From Candidatus Eiseniibacteriota bacterium (GTDB lineage: Bacteria; Eisenbacteria; RBG-16-71-46): a DNA stretch of 64,000 bases. Positions 29,315 through 40,763 of this stretch are shown here, piece by piece. Each line of letters starts with the position of its first letter. Within the stretch, counting starts at the first letter, position 1. The position numbers were made by a program, and so were the translations under genes. The notes beneath the pieces were generated by a model. It saw only the letters and a program-made list of their open reading frames with translations, did not search any database and was not told where the DNA came from. The DNA lies in assembly GCA_963725865.1 (NCBI GenBank), contig CAVSAC010000012.1:960001-1024000 (forward strand), in the 5' to 3' direction.

Positions 29315-29432
29315 AGGGAGCGAAGGCTAGCACCCGCGCGCGAAGCGGCGCAAACCCGGCGCCCCCACCGCGAGCGCGAAGCCGCAGGCAACTCTTGAGC
29401 ACGCCGCAGCGCCCGCCTAGTATCGCGCGACC

Positions 29433-31502
29433 ATGGTCCCGAGCACGACGCGAGAGCGCCGCTTCGGACTCCCCGATACCGAAGTCCTGGTGCTGTGTGG
29501 AGCGGCCGCACTCGGCGCGCTGCTCGTGATCCTGCATGCCCCCGCCGTCGCACGGATCCCCGCCGGACTGATCCTGTTCGCGCTGCTCCCCGGCGCCGTG
29601 CTCGCGCGGCTCGCGCGCCGCGACCCGCGCGTGCGCCTCGAGGACTGGCTGCTGCAGACGATCACGTTCTCCCCGCCGATCGTGATCGCGGCGCGCGCGC
29701 TCTCCACGACGGTCGGGCTCTCGTGGGAGGCGTTCGCGGTCGCGCTGGCGGCCGTGCTGGCAGGCGCCGCGCTCGTGGTCCCCGCGGCTCGGGTGCGCGG
29801 CCTCGAGGCCGACCGTCGGGTGCTGGCGATCGGGCTGGCGATCGGGATCGCGGTGGCGCTGCCGGCATGGGTCGACCTCCGCACCCGCGTGTTCGGCGAC
29901 GCGCTCGTGCACGCGCAGATCGTCCACGAGCTCCAGCTGCGTGGCCTGCCGCCCCAGGACCCGTCCTATGCCGGCGTGCCACTGACCTACATGTGGCTGC
30001 TCCACGTGGGGTGGGCGGCGCTGGGTGCCGCCACCGGGCTCGCGCCGTTCTACGTGTTCCCGCTCGTGAACGGCCTGATGGCGGTCGCGCTCGTGATGGC
30101 CGCGCGGCTGGGGACCGAGGCGCTCGGCGGCGGGCGATCCGCGCAGCGCGCGGCGGCGGTGGTGGTGCCGCTCGGCATGAACGCGCTGGGCTGGCTCCCC
30201 GCGGTCGCGTTCACGCTCGGCCGCGCGATGATCGGGCACGATCGCGGCGCCGGCGTGCTGGCGGCGGGCCTGCGCGCGCTGCTGGTCGCGCCGGATGCCA
30301 ACGGGATCGCGAGCGCGCTGCTGCCCGGCGGCTACGTCGTGCTCGCGAGCTTCCTCTACAAGTACCTCTGCGCGAACGCGCTCGCGACCGGGCTCACGTA
30401 CGCCGCCGCGGCGTGGGGGTGGGCCGCGACCCAGTTGCGCGCCCCGCGACTGGATCGCTCGCTCGCGCTCGCGGTCTCGGTGCTCGGCGCGACCGCGGTC
30501 CACCCGATGGTCGGGCTCCCGGCGGCGGTCGGGCTGCTGTTCGGTCTGGCGGCCGCGCTCGTCGATCGTCGTGCCCAGCCGCGCGCCGTCGCGACCACGG
30601 TGGCCGTAGGGCTCGGCATCGCGCTGGCGCTGCCGATCGTGCGGCTGCTGCTCGGGGGTGCCGAGCACTCGGCGGCGCCGATTTCGTTCCGGCTCGTGAC
30701 GGAGAACTTCCGGATCCTGCCCCAGGTCCTGGTCGGCGTGCTGCCGGCGGCGATCGTGTGGTGGCGGCGATCGTCGGCCGAGCTCGCGCACCGGGCGTTC
30801 GTCCTCGGCTACGCGGCCGCCGTGACGGTGTTCGCGCTGGCGGTGCGGCTACCGTTCCTGGCTTACGCCTATCCCGTGTACGTGGTCTACCTGGCCTGCG
30901 CGCTGCCAGCGGGCGAGGGCTTCGCACGCTGCGCGACGGCGCTGCGTGAGCGCGGCTGGCCGCGGAGGGCGCGTGCCGCCCTGCTGCTGGTGCTGCTGCT
31001 GCCGTCGACCCTGCTCCTGTACCACGGCTTCCTGCGCCAGGGTCACCCCGGCGGGCTCGCCGGCTATCCGGAGGGAACCGACGAGATGAGGGTCTACGAG
31101 TACCTTCGGATGCATACCCCGGTCGACGCGGTGGTGGTGGACCTGCCCTACTTCGCGTCGTCGGCCGCCGCGGGCTATTCGGGGCGCCGCGGGTTCTTCG
31201 GGGGATTGCGGCAATCCGACCTGGTCGGCTACCCGCGCGAGGCGATGCGCCGTCGCGATGCGGCGGTGAGGGACCTCTATTTCGGTCAGGGTGCGCTGCG
31301 GGAGGGGACCCGCGCCGAGCTGCGACGGATCGCGGCCGACGTCTACGTGGTGGCGCATCGGAGCGCGCCGCCGAATCCCGCGGTCGCGGTGCCCGCCGGG
31401 ATCGCCGGGGACGCGGTCGCGCGGCTGGACGCGCTGGCGGGCGAGTTCGTGCCGGTGGTGCGGACCGCAGGGATCACGCTCTATCGGTGGGTCCGCGCCT
31501 GA
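29433..31502 (+). CDS. Polytopic membrane protein, GT-C-like
   Basis: Many TM segments, GDALVH..PPQDP first loop, soluble C-terminal domain; divergent from sugar dehydrogenase. Confidence 0.55.
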   Translation: MVPSTTRERRFGLPDTEVLVLCGAAALGALLVILHAPAVARIPAGLILFALLPGAVLARLARRDPRVRLEDWLLQTITFSPPIVIAARALSTTVGLSWEAFAVALAAVLAGAALVVPAARVRGLEADRRVLAIGLAIGIAVALPAWVDLRTRVFGDALVHAQIVHELQLRGLPPQDPSYAGVPLTYMWLLHVGWAALGAATGLAPFYVFPLVNGLMAVALVMAARLGTEALGGGRSAQRAAAVVVPLGMNALGWLPAVAFTLGRAMIGHDRGAGVLAAGLRALLVAPDANGIASALLPGGYVVLASFLYKYLCANALATGLTYAAAAWGWAATQLRAPRLDRSLALAVSVLGATAVHPMVGLPAAVGLLFGLAAALVDRRAQPRAVATTVAVGLGIALALPIVRLLLGGAEHSAAPISFRLVTENFRILPQVLVGVLPAAIVWWRRSSAELAHRAFVLGYAAAVTVFALAVRLPFLAYAYPVYVVYLACALPAGEGFARCATALRERGWPRRARAALLLVLLLPSTLLLYHGFLRQGHPGGLAGYPEGTDEMRVYEYLRMHTPVDAVVVDLPYFASSAAAGYSGRRGFFGGLRQSDLVGYPREAMRRRDAAVRDLYFGQGALREGTRAELRRIAADVYVVAHRSAPPNPAVAVPAGIAGDAVARLDALAGEFVPVVRTAGITLYRWVRA

Positions 31503-31629
31503 ACGGCGCGGGCCTCGAGGCGAAGGTGGGCGGTGGCCGCCAGCGGGGAGGCCCGCCCCGGCCCGGCGCGGCGGGCGGGTGGCGCGGCCCGCTCGTGTTC
31601 CGTGCGCGCGCCCTGTATTCTCGCGCCCG

Positions 31630-32439
31630 ATGTCCGCTCCGGGTCCAGTCCACATCGCGCGGTACCTCCGAGATGGCCGTCCGCACATCGGACGGCGCGA
31701 CGGAGCCGGATTCGCACGTCTGGACGCGTACCCGTGGGAGGGCGGCGCTCCCACCGGAGTGCTCGACCCCGCCGAGGCGGTGACGCTGCTCGCCCCCGTG
31801 GTGCCGACCAAGATCGTCTGCGTCGGCCTCAACTATCGCGCGCACATCGCCGAGAGCGTCACGGTGCTGCCCGGCACCGATCCGCCGGCGGAGCCGCTGC
31901 TGTTCTTCAAGCCACCGAGCGCCGTGGTGGCCAGCGGGCAGTCGATCCTCTACCCGCCGAGCGTCACCCGCCTCGACCCGGAGGCGGAGCTGGCGGTCGT
32001 GATCGGCCGCCGCGGGCGCCACGTGCGGGCCACCTCCGCGCTGGAACACGTCGCGGGACTGACGTGTTTCGACGACGTGAGCGCCCGCAACCACCAGCGC
32101 GCCGATGGGCAATGGACACGCGCGAAGGGCTTCGATACCTTCGCCCCGCTCGGACCGTGGGTGGCCACGGGGCTCGACCCCGCCACCCGGACGGTCGAAT
32201 GCCGAGTGAACGGGGAGCGCCGCCAGTCCGGCCGCACCGCGGACCTGCTCGTGGCCGTCCCGGCATTGGTGAGCTTCATCTCGTCCATCATGACGCTGGA
32301 ACCCGGCGACGTGATCGCCACGGGCACTCCGGCCGGGGTCGCTCCGGTGGTTCCCGGGGACATCATCGAGGTGGAGATCGACGGGATCGGAGTGTTGACG
32401 AATCGCGTGGAGGCGGCGCCGGATGTCGGCCAGAGCTGA
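31630..32439 (+). CDS. Fumarylacetoacetate hydrolase family protein
   Basis: KIVCVGLNY, FFKP, EAELAVVIG, DVSAR, KGFDTF.PLGP, TGTP.GV. Confidence 0.92.
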   Translation: MSAPGPVHIARYLRDGRPHIGRRDGAGFARLDAYPWEGGAPTGVLDPAEAVTLLAPVVPTKIVCVGLNYRAHIAESVTVLPGTDPPAEPLLFFKPPSAVVASGQSILYPPSVTRLDPEAELAVVIGRRGRHVRATSALEHVAGLTCFDDVSARNHQRADGQWTRAKGFDTFAPLGPWVATGLDPATRTVECRVNGERRQSGRTADLLVAVPALVSFISSIMTLEPGDVIATGTPAGVAPVVPGDIIEVEIDGIGVLTNRVEAAPDVGQS

Positions 32440-34051
32440 TCTGCTGATCCTGAACGCCCGTCCGTGGACGGATGGCGCACCGGTCGCGGGCGCGGACGCG
32501 CTCGTGGTCGGCGCGGGCCGCGTGCTCGCGCTCGGCCGCGCGGAGGAGCTGGCGCCCTTCGTCCATCGTGGCACCGAGCGCATCGACGCCCGTGGCGCGA
32601 CCGTCACGCCGGGACTCTGGGACGCCCACCTGCACTTGCTGACGTGGGCGCGCGCGCGCGCCGAGGTCCAGCTCGCGGGCACCCGCAGCCGCGCCGAGGC
32701 GCTGGCGCGGGTGCGCGCGTGGCTGGCCGCCCACCCGGGCGACGGTCCGCTGGTGGGCCGCGGCTGGGATGCGAACGGGTGGCCGGAGCGGCCGGACCGC
32801 GCGACCCTCGACACGGTGACGGGCGCGCGGCCGGCGCTGCTGCACAGCAAGGATTTCCACACGCTGTGGGTGAACAGTGCGGCGCTGCGCGCGGCCGGCG
32901 TGAGGCGCGCGAGCCCCGATCCCGACGGTGGATGCTTCGAGCGCGACGGGGCGGGCGAGCCCAGCGGGATCGTGCGCGAGCACGCGGTGCGCGCGTTCGC
33001 GGCCCTCGAGGTCGCGGCGCGTCCCGACGACGCGGCGGCGCGTGGCGCGCTGCTGCGCGAGGCGGCCACGGCGCTGAACGCGTGCGGCGTCACCGCGGTG
33101 CAGGACATGGATCCGCTCGACCTCGACCGTGACGAGCCGTGGCCGCTGCGGGATGCGCGCGCGGCGACGCTGCGCGCGTTCGCGGCGGTCGGCCATCGCG
33201 ACCTGGACCGCGCGCTCGCGCGGCGGCCGGCCTATGCGGGCGCCGCGGGGCGCACCGGGCTGGGACCGCTCAAGCTGTTCGCCGACGGCACGCTCGGATC
33301 GCAGACCGCCGCATTGCTCGAGCCCTACTCGGGCGGCGGCAGCGGCATGGAGCTGATGTCGCGCGACGAGCTGCGCACCACGATCGCGCGCGCGCTGGCG
33401 GGCGGTCTCGCGGTGGCGGTGCACGCCATCGGCGATCGCGCGGTCCGCCACGCGCTCGACGCGTTCGAGGCGGCGGGCGAGGCGCGCGCGCGCGCGCCGC
33501 TGCCCTGCCGGATCGAGCACGCGCAGCTGGTGCACCCGGACGACCTGCCGCGGTTCGCGGCCCTCGGCGTCGCCGCCAGCCTGCAGCCGCTGCACTGCAC
33601 GAGCGATCAGGAGCTGGCGGAGCGTCACTGGGGCGCGCATCGTGAATTCGTCTATCCGTGGGCGAGCCTGCTCGCGCGCGGCACGCTCCTCGCGTTCGGC
33701 TCGGACGCGCCGGTCGAGTCGCCGAGCGTGGCGGCGGGGCTGCACGCCGCGGTCACCCGCCAGCGCGCCGACGGCACGCCGCCCGGCCGCGACGCCGCCC
33801 GCGAGCGCGTGACGCTGGACCAGGCCCTGCGCGCGTACACCGAGGGGCCTGCCCGACTCGCGGGCACCTGGCCCGCGGCCGGGCGCCTGGCCGCGGGTGC
33901 GAGCGCGGACGTGGTGGTGTGGAGCGACGACCTGCACGCGCTGCCGCCCGCCGCGCTCGCGCTCGCGGCGCCGGTGCTCACGCTGTTCGACGGCGCGGTG
34001 GTGCATCGCGCAGCGGTGGCGCCCGGGATCGTGCGGAGTGTGGCGCGATGA
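32423..34051 (+). CDS. YtcJ-like amidohydrolase (Amidohydro_3)
   Basis: PGLWDAHLH, KLFADGTLGS.TA, HAIGD, RIEHAQ, FGSDAPV. Confidence 0.9.
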   Translation: MSARADLLILNARPWTDGAPVAGADALVVGAGRVLALGRAEELAPFVHRGTERIDARGATVTPGLWDAHLHLLTWARARAEVQLAGTRSRAEALARVRAWLAAHPGDGPLVGRGWDANGWPERPDRATLDTVTGARPALLHSKDFHTLWVNSAALRAAGVRRASPDPDGGCFERDGAGEPSGIVREHAVRAFAALEVAARPDDAAARGALLREAATALNACGVTAVQDMDPLDLDRDEPWPLRDARAATLRAFAAVGHRDLDRALARRPAYAGAAGRTGLGPLKLFADGTLGSQTAALLEPYSGGGSGMELMSRDELRTTIARALAGGLAVAVHAIGDRAVRHALDAFEAAGEARARAPLPCRIEHAQLVHPDDLPRFAALGVAASLQPLHCTSDQELAERHWGAHREFVYPWASLLARGTLLAFGSDAPVESPSVAAGLHAAVTRQRADGTPPGRDAARERVTLDQALRAYTEGPARLAGTWPAAGRLAAGASADVVVWSDDLHALPPAALALAAPVLTLFDGAVVHRAAVAPGIVRSVAR

Positions 34052-34665
34052 GCTCCGACTTCCGCACGCGCTCCGACGAGGACCTGGTGCAGCTCGCGCA
34101 GGCGGGCGACACGCGCGCCTTCGACGTGCTGGTGAGCCGCTACCAGGAGAAGGTGTACCGGCTCTCCTACAAGATCCTGCGGCACGAGGACGATGCCTCC
34201 GAGTCGCTGCAGGACGCGTTCCTGTCCGCGTTCCGCGGGCTCAAGAACTTCAAGGCCGAGTCCACGTTCTCGACCTGGCTCTATCGCATCGCGACCAACG
34301 CCGCGCTCATGAAGTACCGCAAGCGCCGCGACGGGCACGTGTCGCTCGAGCAGTCGCAGAGCGGTGCCGAGGAGGCGGAGGGACTGCAGATCCCCGACTG
34401 GTCGACCCAGCCGGTGCAGGACCTGCTCGACGGCGAGACGCGCGACGTGATGGAGGAGGCGTTCGACCGCCTGCCGGAGGAGCTCAAGCAGGTCTTTCTG
34501 CTGCGCGACGTGGAGGGTCGCTCGAACGCCGAGGTGGCGGAACAGCTGGGGCTCACCATCGCCGCGGTGAAGTCGCGGCTGCACCGGGCCCGCATCCACC
34601 TGCGCGACCGGCTCAACCGGTACTTCGCCGACAAGATGACGCGCAGGGACCGTGGCCGCTCGTGA
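34048..34665 (+). CDS. ECF RNA polymerase sigma factor
   Basis: DEDLV..AQAGD..AF, FSTWLYRIATN, VKSRLHRAR. Confidence 0.93.
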   Translation: MSSDFRTRSDEDLVQLAQAGDTRAFDVLVSRYQEKVYRLSYKILRHEDDASESLQDAFLSAFRGLKNFKAESTFSTWLYRIATNAALMKYRKRRDGHVSLEQSQSGAEEAEGLQIPDWSTQPVQDLLDGETRDVMEEAFDRLPEELKQVFLLRDVEGRSNAEVAEQLGLTIAAVKSRLHRARIHLRDRLNRYFADKMTRRDRGRS

Positions 34666-34677
34666 GGTCGCCGCGGG

Positions 34678-35484
34678 TCAGCGGTGCGCCTGCCAGCCCC
34701 AGAGGATGATCGCGGCGAGCACCGCGCGATAGATGAAGAACACCCCGAACCCCGCGTTGCCCAGCCAGCGGATGAGGCCACGGATGGCGAGCAGTCCGAC
34801 CACCGCCGAGGTCACGACCCCCAGCAGCAGCGGCCCGATCGGCAGGTCGCTCGGCAGGTGCCGCAGCTCGAGCAGCCCCGCGCCGAACGTGATGGGGGTG
34901 GCGAGCAGGAACGAGAACCGCGCGGCCGAGACGCGCGTGAGCCCCGTGGCGCGGCCGGCCGTGATCGTCACGCCCGAGCGCGACACGCCGGGGACCAGCG
35001 CCACCGCCTGCGCGCATCCCATCGCCAGGCAGGCGCCCCAGCCGGGGGTGTCGGCGTCCTCGCGCTGGGGAGCGACGCGGTCGACCCACCAGAGCAGCAG
35101 GCCGAAGACGAACAGCATGACGGCCTGCAGCGGCATCGAGCGCAGCGCGGATTCGGCGATGTCCTTGAGCAGCAAGCCGGCGACGGCACCCGGCACCGAG
35201 GCCACCGCGAGCTTGCCCCAGGTGTCCCACGCCTGCGCCTTCGCCGGCGGGGCGCCCGCGATCGCGTCACGAGCGAGCGCCACCCACACGTTGCCGTACG
35301 CGAGCACCAGCGCGATCAGCGTGCCCCAGTGGAGCGCCACGTCGAAAGCGAGACCGTTGTACTTCCAGTGCAGCAGCTCCGGCACCACGTACAGATGGGC
35401 GCTGCTCGAGATGGGCAGGAACTCCGAGAGGCCCTGCAGCGCACCGAGCACGACGGCCTCGAACCACGGCATGAGTGGAAGCAT
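34678..35484 (-). CDS. uppP: Undecaprenyl-diphosphatase
   Basis: QGLSEFLPISSSAH, PGVSRSGVT, AARFSFLL; alternative start 35472. Confidence 0.94.
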   Translation of the reverse strand: MLPLMPWFEAVVLGALQGLSEFLPISSSAHLYVVPELLHWKYNGLAFDVALHWGTLIALVLAYGNVWVALARDAIAGAPPAKAQAWDTWGKLAVASVPGAVAGLLLKDIAESALRSMPLQAVMLFVFGLLLWWVDRVAPQREDADTPGWGACLAMGCAQAVALVPGVSRSGVTITAGRATGLTRVSAARFSFLLATPITFGAGLLELRHLPSDLPIGPLLLGVVTSAVVGLLAIRGLIRWLGNAGFGVFFIYRAVLAAIILWGWQAHR

Positions 35485-35538
35485 GGGCGCGCACGCTAGC
35501 ATGCGCCCCGGCGGGTCGCAACGGAGCGCGAGGCGGGC

Positions 35539-37134
<1,596 letters not shown>

Positions 37135-37140
37135 AGCCGG

Positions 37141-38313
37141 TCAGGGACGCGGCGCGCCGACCGGCCGCCCCGCGCGCCAGAGCGTGGGGAACACCACGAA
37201 CGCCTGCAGCCGCCCGCGCCGCCACAGCGTGCTGATCAGTTCGAGCGCCAGCCATGCCGCGTACACCACCGCGATCTCCTCGCGCCATCCGGGCCGCAGG
37301 AACTGCGTGAACCACAGCACGAACAGCCCCGCCGCCTCGTACGCCTCGAACGTGAAGTTCGCGAGGATCACGACGCCCAGCGCGCCCTGCAGCAGGGTGA
37401 GCAGCAGCTCGACGCGGTGCTCGGCGAGCGGCACCGCGGCGGTGTGCCCGAGCGAGACCGAGTAGACGATCGGGATCATGGCGGCGAGCACCGTCCACTG
37501 ATTGATGTTGCTCGAGGCCATGTTCATGAGCGCCATGCCGCCCTTGCCGCGCCCGCGCGCCCAGTAGAACGTGGTGGTGAACTCGGGGAATTCCGAGAGG
37601 AACGGCGCCACCCATTGCACGAACACGAACTGCGAGACCCCGGCCACCGTCGCCAGCCCGATCATGCTGGCGAGGAACGGCGTGGCGGTCACGTAGAGCG
37701 CCGCGCCCCCGAGCGCGAACAGGATCACGATCGCGAGCGTCCGCGCGGGGGAGGGCAGCGCGAGCACGCGGCGCGGCACCCAGGCGGCGTCCTCGACCTC
37801 TTCGTGCTCGCGGGGCGGGATCCGCTGCAGCAATGCCAGGTAGCCGGCATAGAGCGCGAGGAGCACCGCGGCGTCGGCCAGCCCGAGCGAGCCCTTCACG
37901 ATGATCCACGCGAAGTACAGCAGCGGGGGCACGAGCCCGATCACCTCGGCCGCGTGCTCCTGATCGAGCGCGATGGGATCCCAGAAGCGTCCCTCCCGGC
38001 GCTGCGCGCGCGAGAGCGCGGACACGGTCCAGATCATCGGCCAGCCGAGCCCGGTCAGCAGGCGCAGCGCGCCCGTGAAGTTGGCGGTCATCAGCGGCAC
38101 GTCCTGGTGCCACGCGATGACCGCCTCGACCGCGAATTCCGGCAGCACCTGCATCCAGGCGAGCAGCGCCAGCGCGAGCCCCTGCGAGATGAAGAACTCG
38201 GCGGCCTCGGCGCCCCAGGCCAGCACGAACGCGCTGGCGAGGATCGAGGGAAACGTCCACAGCGCCTGCAGCGCGCCGCGCGCCGGATCGCCCGGCTCCG
38301 AACCAGGGATCAC
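37141..38313 (-). CDS. CaCA-superfamily cation antiporter
   Basis: alpha-1 LPEFAVE..ANFTGA and alpha-2 SEFPEF..SSNINQWT repeats, ~10 TM; start uncertain (ORF open to 38400). Confidence 0.75.
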   Translation of the reverse strand: MIPGSEPGDPARGALQALWTFPSILASAFVLAWGAEAAEFFISQGLALALLAWMQVLPEFAVEAVIAWHQDVPLMTANFTGALRLLTGLGWPMIWTVSALSRAQRREGRFWDPIALDQEHAAEVIGLVPPLLYFAWIIVKGSLGLADAAVLLALYAGYLALLQRIPPREHEEVEDAAWVPRRVLALPSPARTLAIVILFALGGAALYVTATPFLASMIGLATVAGVSQFVFVQWVAPFLSEFPEFTTTFYWARGRGKGGMALMNMASSNINQWTVLAAMIPIVYSVSLGHTAAVPLAEHRVELLLTLLQGALGVVILANFTFEAYEAAGLFVLWFTQFLRPGWREEIAVVYAAWLALELISTLWRRGRLQAFVVFPTLWRAGRPVGAPRP

Positions 38314-38398
38314 GCGGGTCGCTCGTCGCGTCGGGTCATGGAGGGTCGCTCCGGAGGGGCTTGTGGTCGAAGAAGCGCGCGGATACTGTGCCGGACCC

Positions 38399-39025
38399 AT
38401 GCGAGCGTCAAGCGCCCGTCCTGCCTGTGCCCCGCCGGCGGCACGCGCCCTCGTCCGCTTCGCCGCGGCGATGAGCGCGGGGCGGGCGCACGCCGCCGCC
38501 CGCGCGCTGCGCGCCGCGCGCGCGGCGGGTGCGTCGCGGCGCGCGGCCGAGGAGACCGCGCTGATGCTGATGCTCCACGCCGGCTATCCGGCCGCGCTCG
38601 AAGGCGCGCGCGTGCTCGCCGAGGCGTGGCCCGGTCGCGCGCGCCGCACGCGCGAGGGCGACCCCGCCGACTGGATGGCGCGCGGCGTGGCGCGCTGCCG
38701 CGCGGTGTACGGGCCGGTGTATCCGCGGCTGGTGCGCAGCGTGCAGCGGCTGCATCCCGACCTCGCGCGCTGGATGGTGGAGCAGGGCTACGGGCGCGTC
38801 CTCGCGCGCCGCGGCCTCGACGGCGCGCTGCGCGAGCGCGTGGCCGTCGCGGTGCTCGCCGCGGGCGGTTGGGAGCGGCAGCTCGTGAGCCATCTGCGCG
38901 GCGCTCGGCGGCTCGGCGCCGCACCCGCCGAGGTGCGCCACGCCTTCGACGCCGGCGCGCGCGTCTGCCCGGCGCGTGCGCGGGCGCGGGTGCAGCGCGC
39001 CTGGCGGCGCGCGGCCGGCGGTTGA
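38399..39025 (+). CDS. Carboxymuconolactone decarboxylase/AhpD-like protein
   Basis: HAGYPAAL, GYGRVLAR.GLD...RE, QLVSHLRGA; no CxxC. Confidence 0.65.
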   Translation: MRASSARPACAPPAARALVRFAAAMSAGRAHAAARALRAARAAGASRRAAEETALMLMLHAGYPAALEGARVLAEAWPGRARRTREGDPADWMARGVARCRAVYGPVYPRLVRSVQRLHPDLARWMVEQGYGRVLARRGLDGALRERVAVAVLAAGGWERQLVSHLRGARRLGAAPAEVRHAFDAGARVCPARARARVQRAWRRAAGG

Positions 39026-39050
39026 CCCCTCCGCGCACGCTCCCTAAGAT
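39022..39050 (+). promoter_or_regulatory. sigma70-type promoter for bsh operon
   Basis: TTGACC-17 bp-TAAGAT. Confidence 0.7.
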
Positions 39051-39131
39051 GGCCGGTCTCATGCCACTCGATCGACGAGGCGCGCGCCCGCGGTCCGCCG
39101 CACCCACCGGCGCCGCGCCACGAGGGGGGCG

Positions 39132-40763
39132 ATGTCCCCGATGACCGGCACGCTGCGCGTGCGCGCGTGGGTGGACGGTGCGCCCGAGCCACCGCGCGAT
39201 CGCTTCCACGACCCGCTGACCGACGATCTCGTGCACGGCGGACCGCTCGCGCAGGAGCGATTCCCGGTGCGCTTCCGCGACCGCGATGCGCTCGCGGCGC
39301 TGGCCGCGGCCAAGTGCCATCCGCTGCCGGCGGCGCTCGCGTCCGAGCTGGAGGCCTACCACCGCCGCCTCGGTGCCCCGCCGGAGTCGCTCGCCGCGCT
39401 CGCGCGCCTGGCGCGCGGTGAGGCGGTGGCCGCGGTCGCGGGCCAGCAGCCCGCGCCGCTCGGCGGACCGCTCTATTCGCTGCACAAGACCGCCAGCACG
39501 GTCGGCCTCGCCGCGTCGGTCAGCGCGCGCATCGGGATGCCCTGCGTGCCGCTGTTCTGGATGCACGGCGAGGATTCCGACTTCGCCGAGATCCGCGGCG
39601 TCACGGTCGCCGACCGCGGGCTCGCGCTGCACGACCTGAGCCTGCCGGACGGCGTGCACCGCGACGGCGCGCTGGTCGGCGGCATCGCGTGCGCGCCGCT
39701 CGCGGTGCTGCAGCGCGAGGCGCTCGCGCACTGGGAGGGACTGCCGGGACATTCCGCCACCGCGGCGCTGGTGGCCGGCGCCGAGGCGCGCGCGGCCGAC
39801 CTCGGGGAGTTCATGAGCGCGCTGATGCTGGCGCTGTTCGGCGCCCACGGGCTGGTGGTGGTGGACCCGCGGCTGCCGGCGTTCCGCGCGGCGGCGCGCC
39901 CGTTCATCGATCGCTACCTCGCGCGCGCCGATGCCCTCGCGGCGGCCGCGCGCCGTGCGGGAGCGTGGCTCGAGACCCACATCGGCCGGCGCCCGCTCAC
40001 GGATTCCGCGCTCGAGTCGTTCGTGTTCGCGCTCGAGGACGGCGTGCGCCACAAGCTCACGGCCGACGAGGCGCGGGCGCGCGGCGCGGGCACGACGCTG
40101 TCGCCGAGCGTCGCGCTGCGCCCCGCGGTGCAGGACGGCGTGTTCCCGACCGTCGCGATGGCGTGCGGTCCGGGCGAGCTCGCCTACCTCGCGCAGCTGC
40201 GCGAGGTGTTCGAGGGGCTCGGCGTGCGCGCCGCCTGCCCGGTGCCGCGCTTCGGCGCCACCTGGCTTGCGCCCGCCGCGGTCGAGCTGCTCGCCGCCAC
40301 CGGGGCCGACGTCACCGCGCTGCTCGACGCGCCCGACGCGGTGCTGCGCGCGCACGCCGAGCAGGCGGTGCCCGCCGACCTGCGCGGGCTGCTCGCCGAC
40401 GCGCGGCGCGGCGCGATGGACGACTTCGCGCGGCTCGAGTCCGCGGTGCGCGCGGTGGACCCGAGCCTGCCGCAGATGGTCGAGTCGGCGCGCGCCAAGA
40501 GCGACTACCAGTACGCGCGCCTGATCGACGGCGTGGTGGGCAAGCTGCGCCACCGGATCGAGCGCCAGCACCCCGAATGGCCGCGCGTGCGCTACCACCT
40601 GCTGCCGGGCGACCGGCTGCAGGAACGCCGGCTGGCATCGCTCGAGCCGGTGGCCTACCGCGGTTCGCGCCTCGGCGCGGAGCTGGTGGTCCTGGCGACC
40701 GAGCACGCCGCGCGCCTCGCCGCGGGAACGCACGCGCACGCGGTGATCGAGCTGGGGGACTGA
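39132..40763 (+). CDS. bshC: Bacillithiol biosynthesis cysteine-adding enzyme BshC
   Basis: GQQ...GGPLYSLHK, FWMHGEDSDFAEI, SPSVALRP..QD, GPGELAY.AQL, LQER. Confidence 0.9.
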   Translation: MSPMTGTLRVRAWVDGAPEPPRDRFHDPLTDDLVHGGPLAQERFPVRFRDRDALAALAAAKCHPLPAALASELEAYHRRLGAPPESLAALARLARGEAVAAVAGQQPAPLGGPLYSLHKTASTVGLAASVSARIGMPCVPLFWMHGEDSDFAEIRGVTVADRGLALHDLSLPDGVHRDGALVGGIACAPLAVLQREALAHWEGLPGHSATAALVAGAEARAADLGEFMSALMLALFGAHGLVVVDPRLPAFRAAARPFIDRYLARADALAAAARRAGAWLETHIGRRPLTDSALESFVFALEDGVRHKLTADEARARGAGTTLSPSVALRPAVQDGVFPTVAMACGPGELAYLAQLREVFEGLGVRAACPVPRFGATWLAPAAVELLAATGADVTALLDAPDAVLRAHAEQAVPADLRGLLADARRGAMDDFARLESAVRAVDPSLPQMVESARAKSDYQYARLIDGVVGKLRHRIERQHPEWPRVRYHLLPGDRLQERRLASLEPVAYRGSRLGAELVVLATEHAARLAAGTHAHAVIELGD

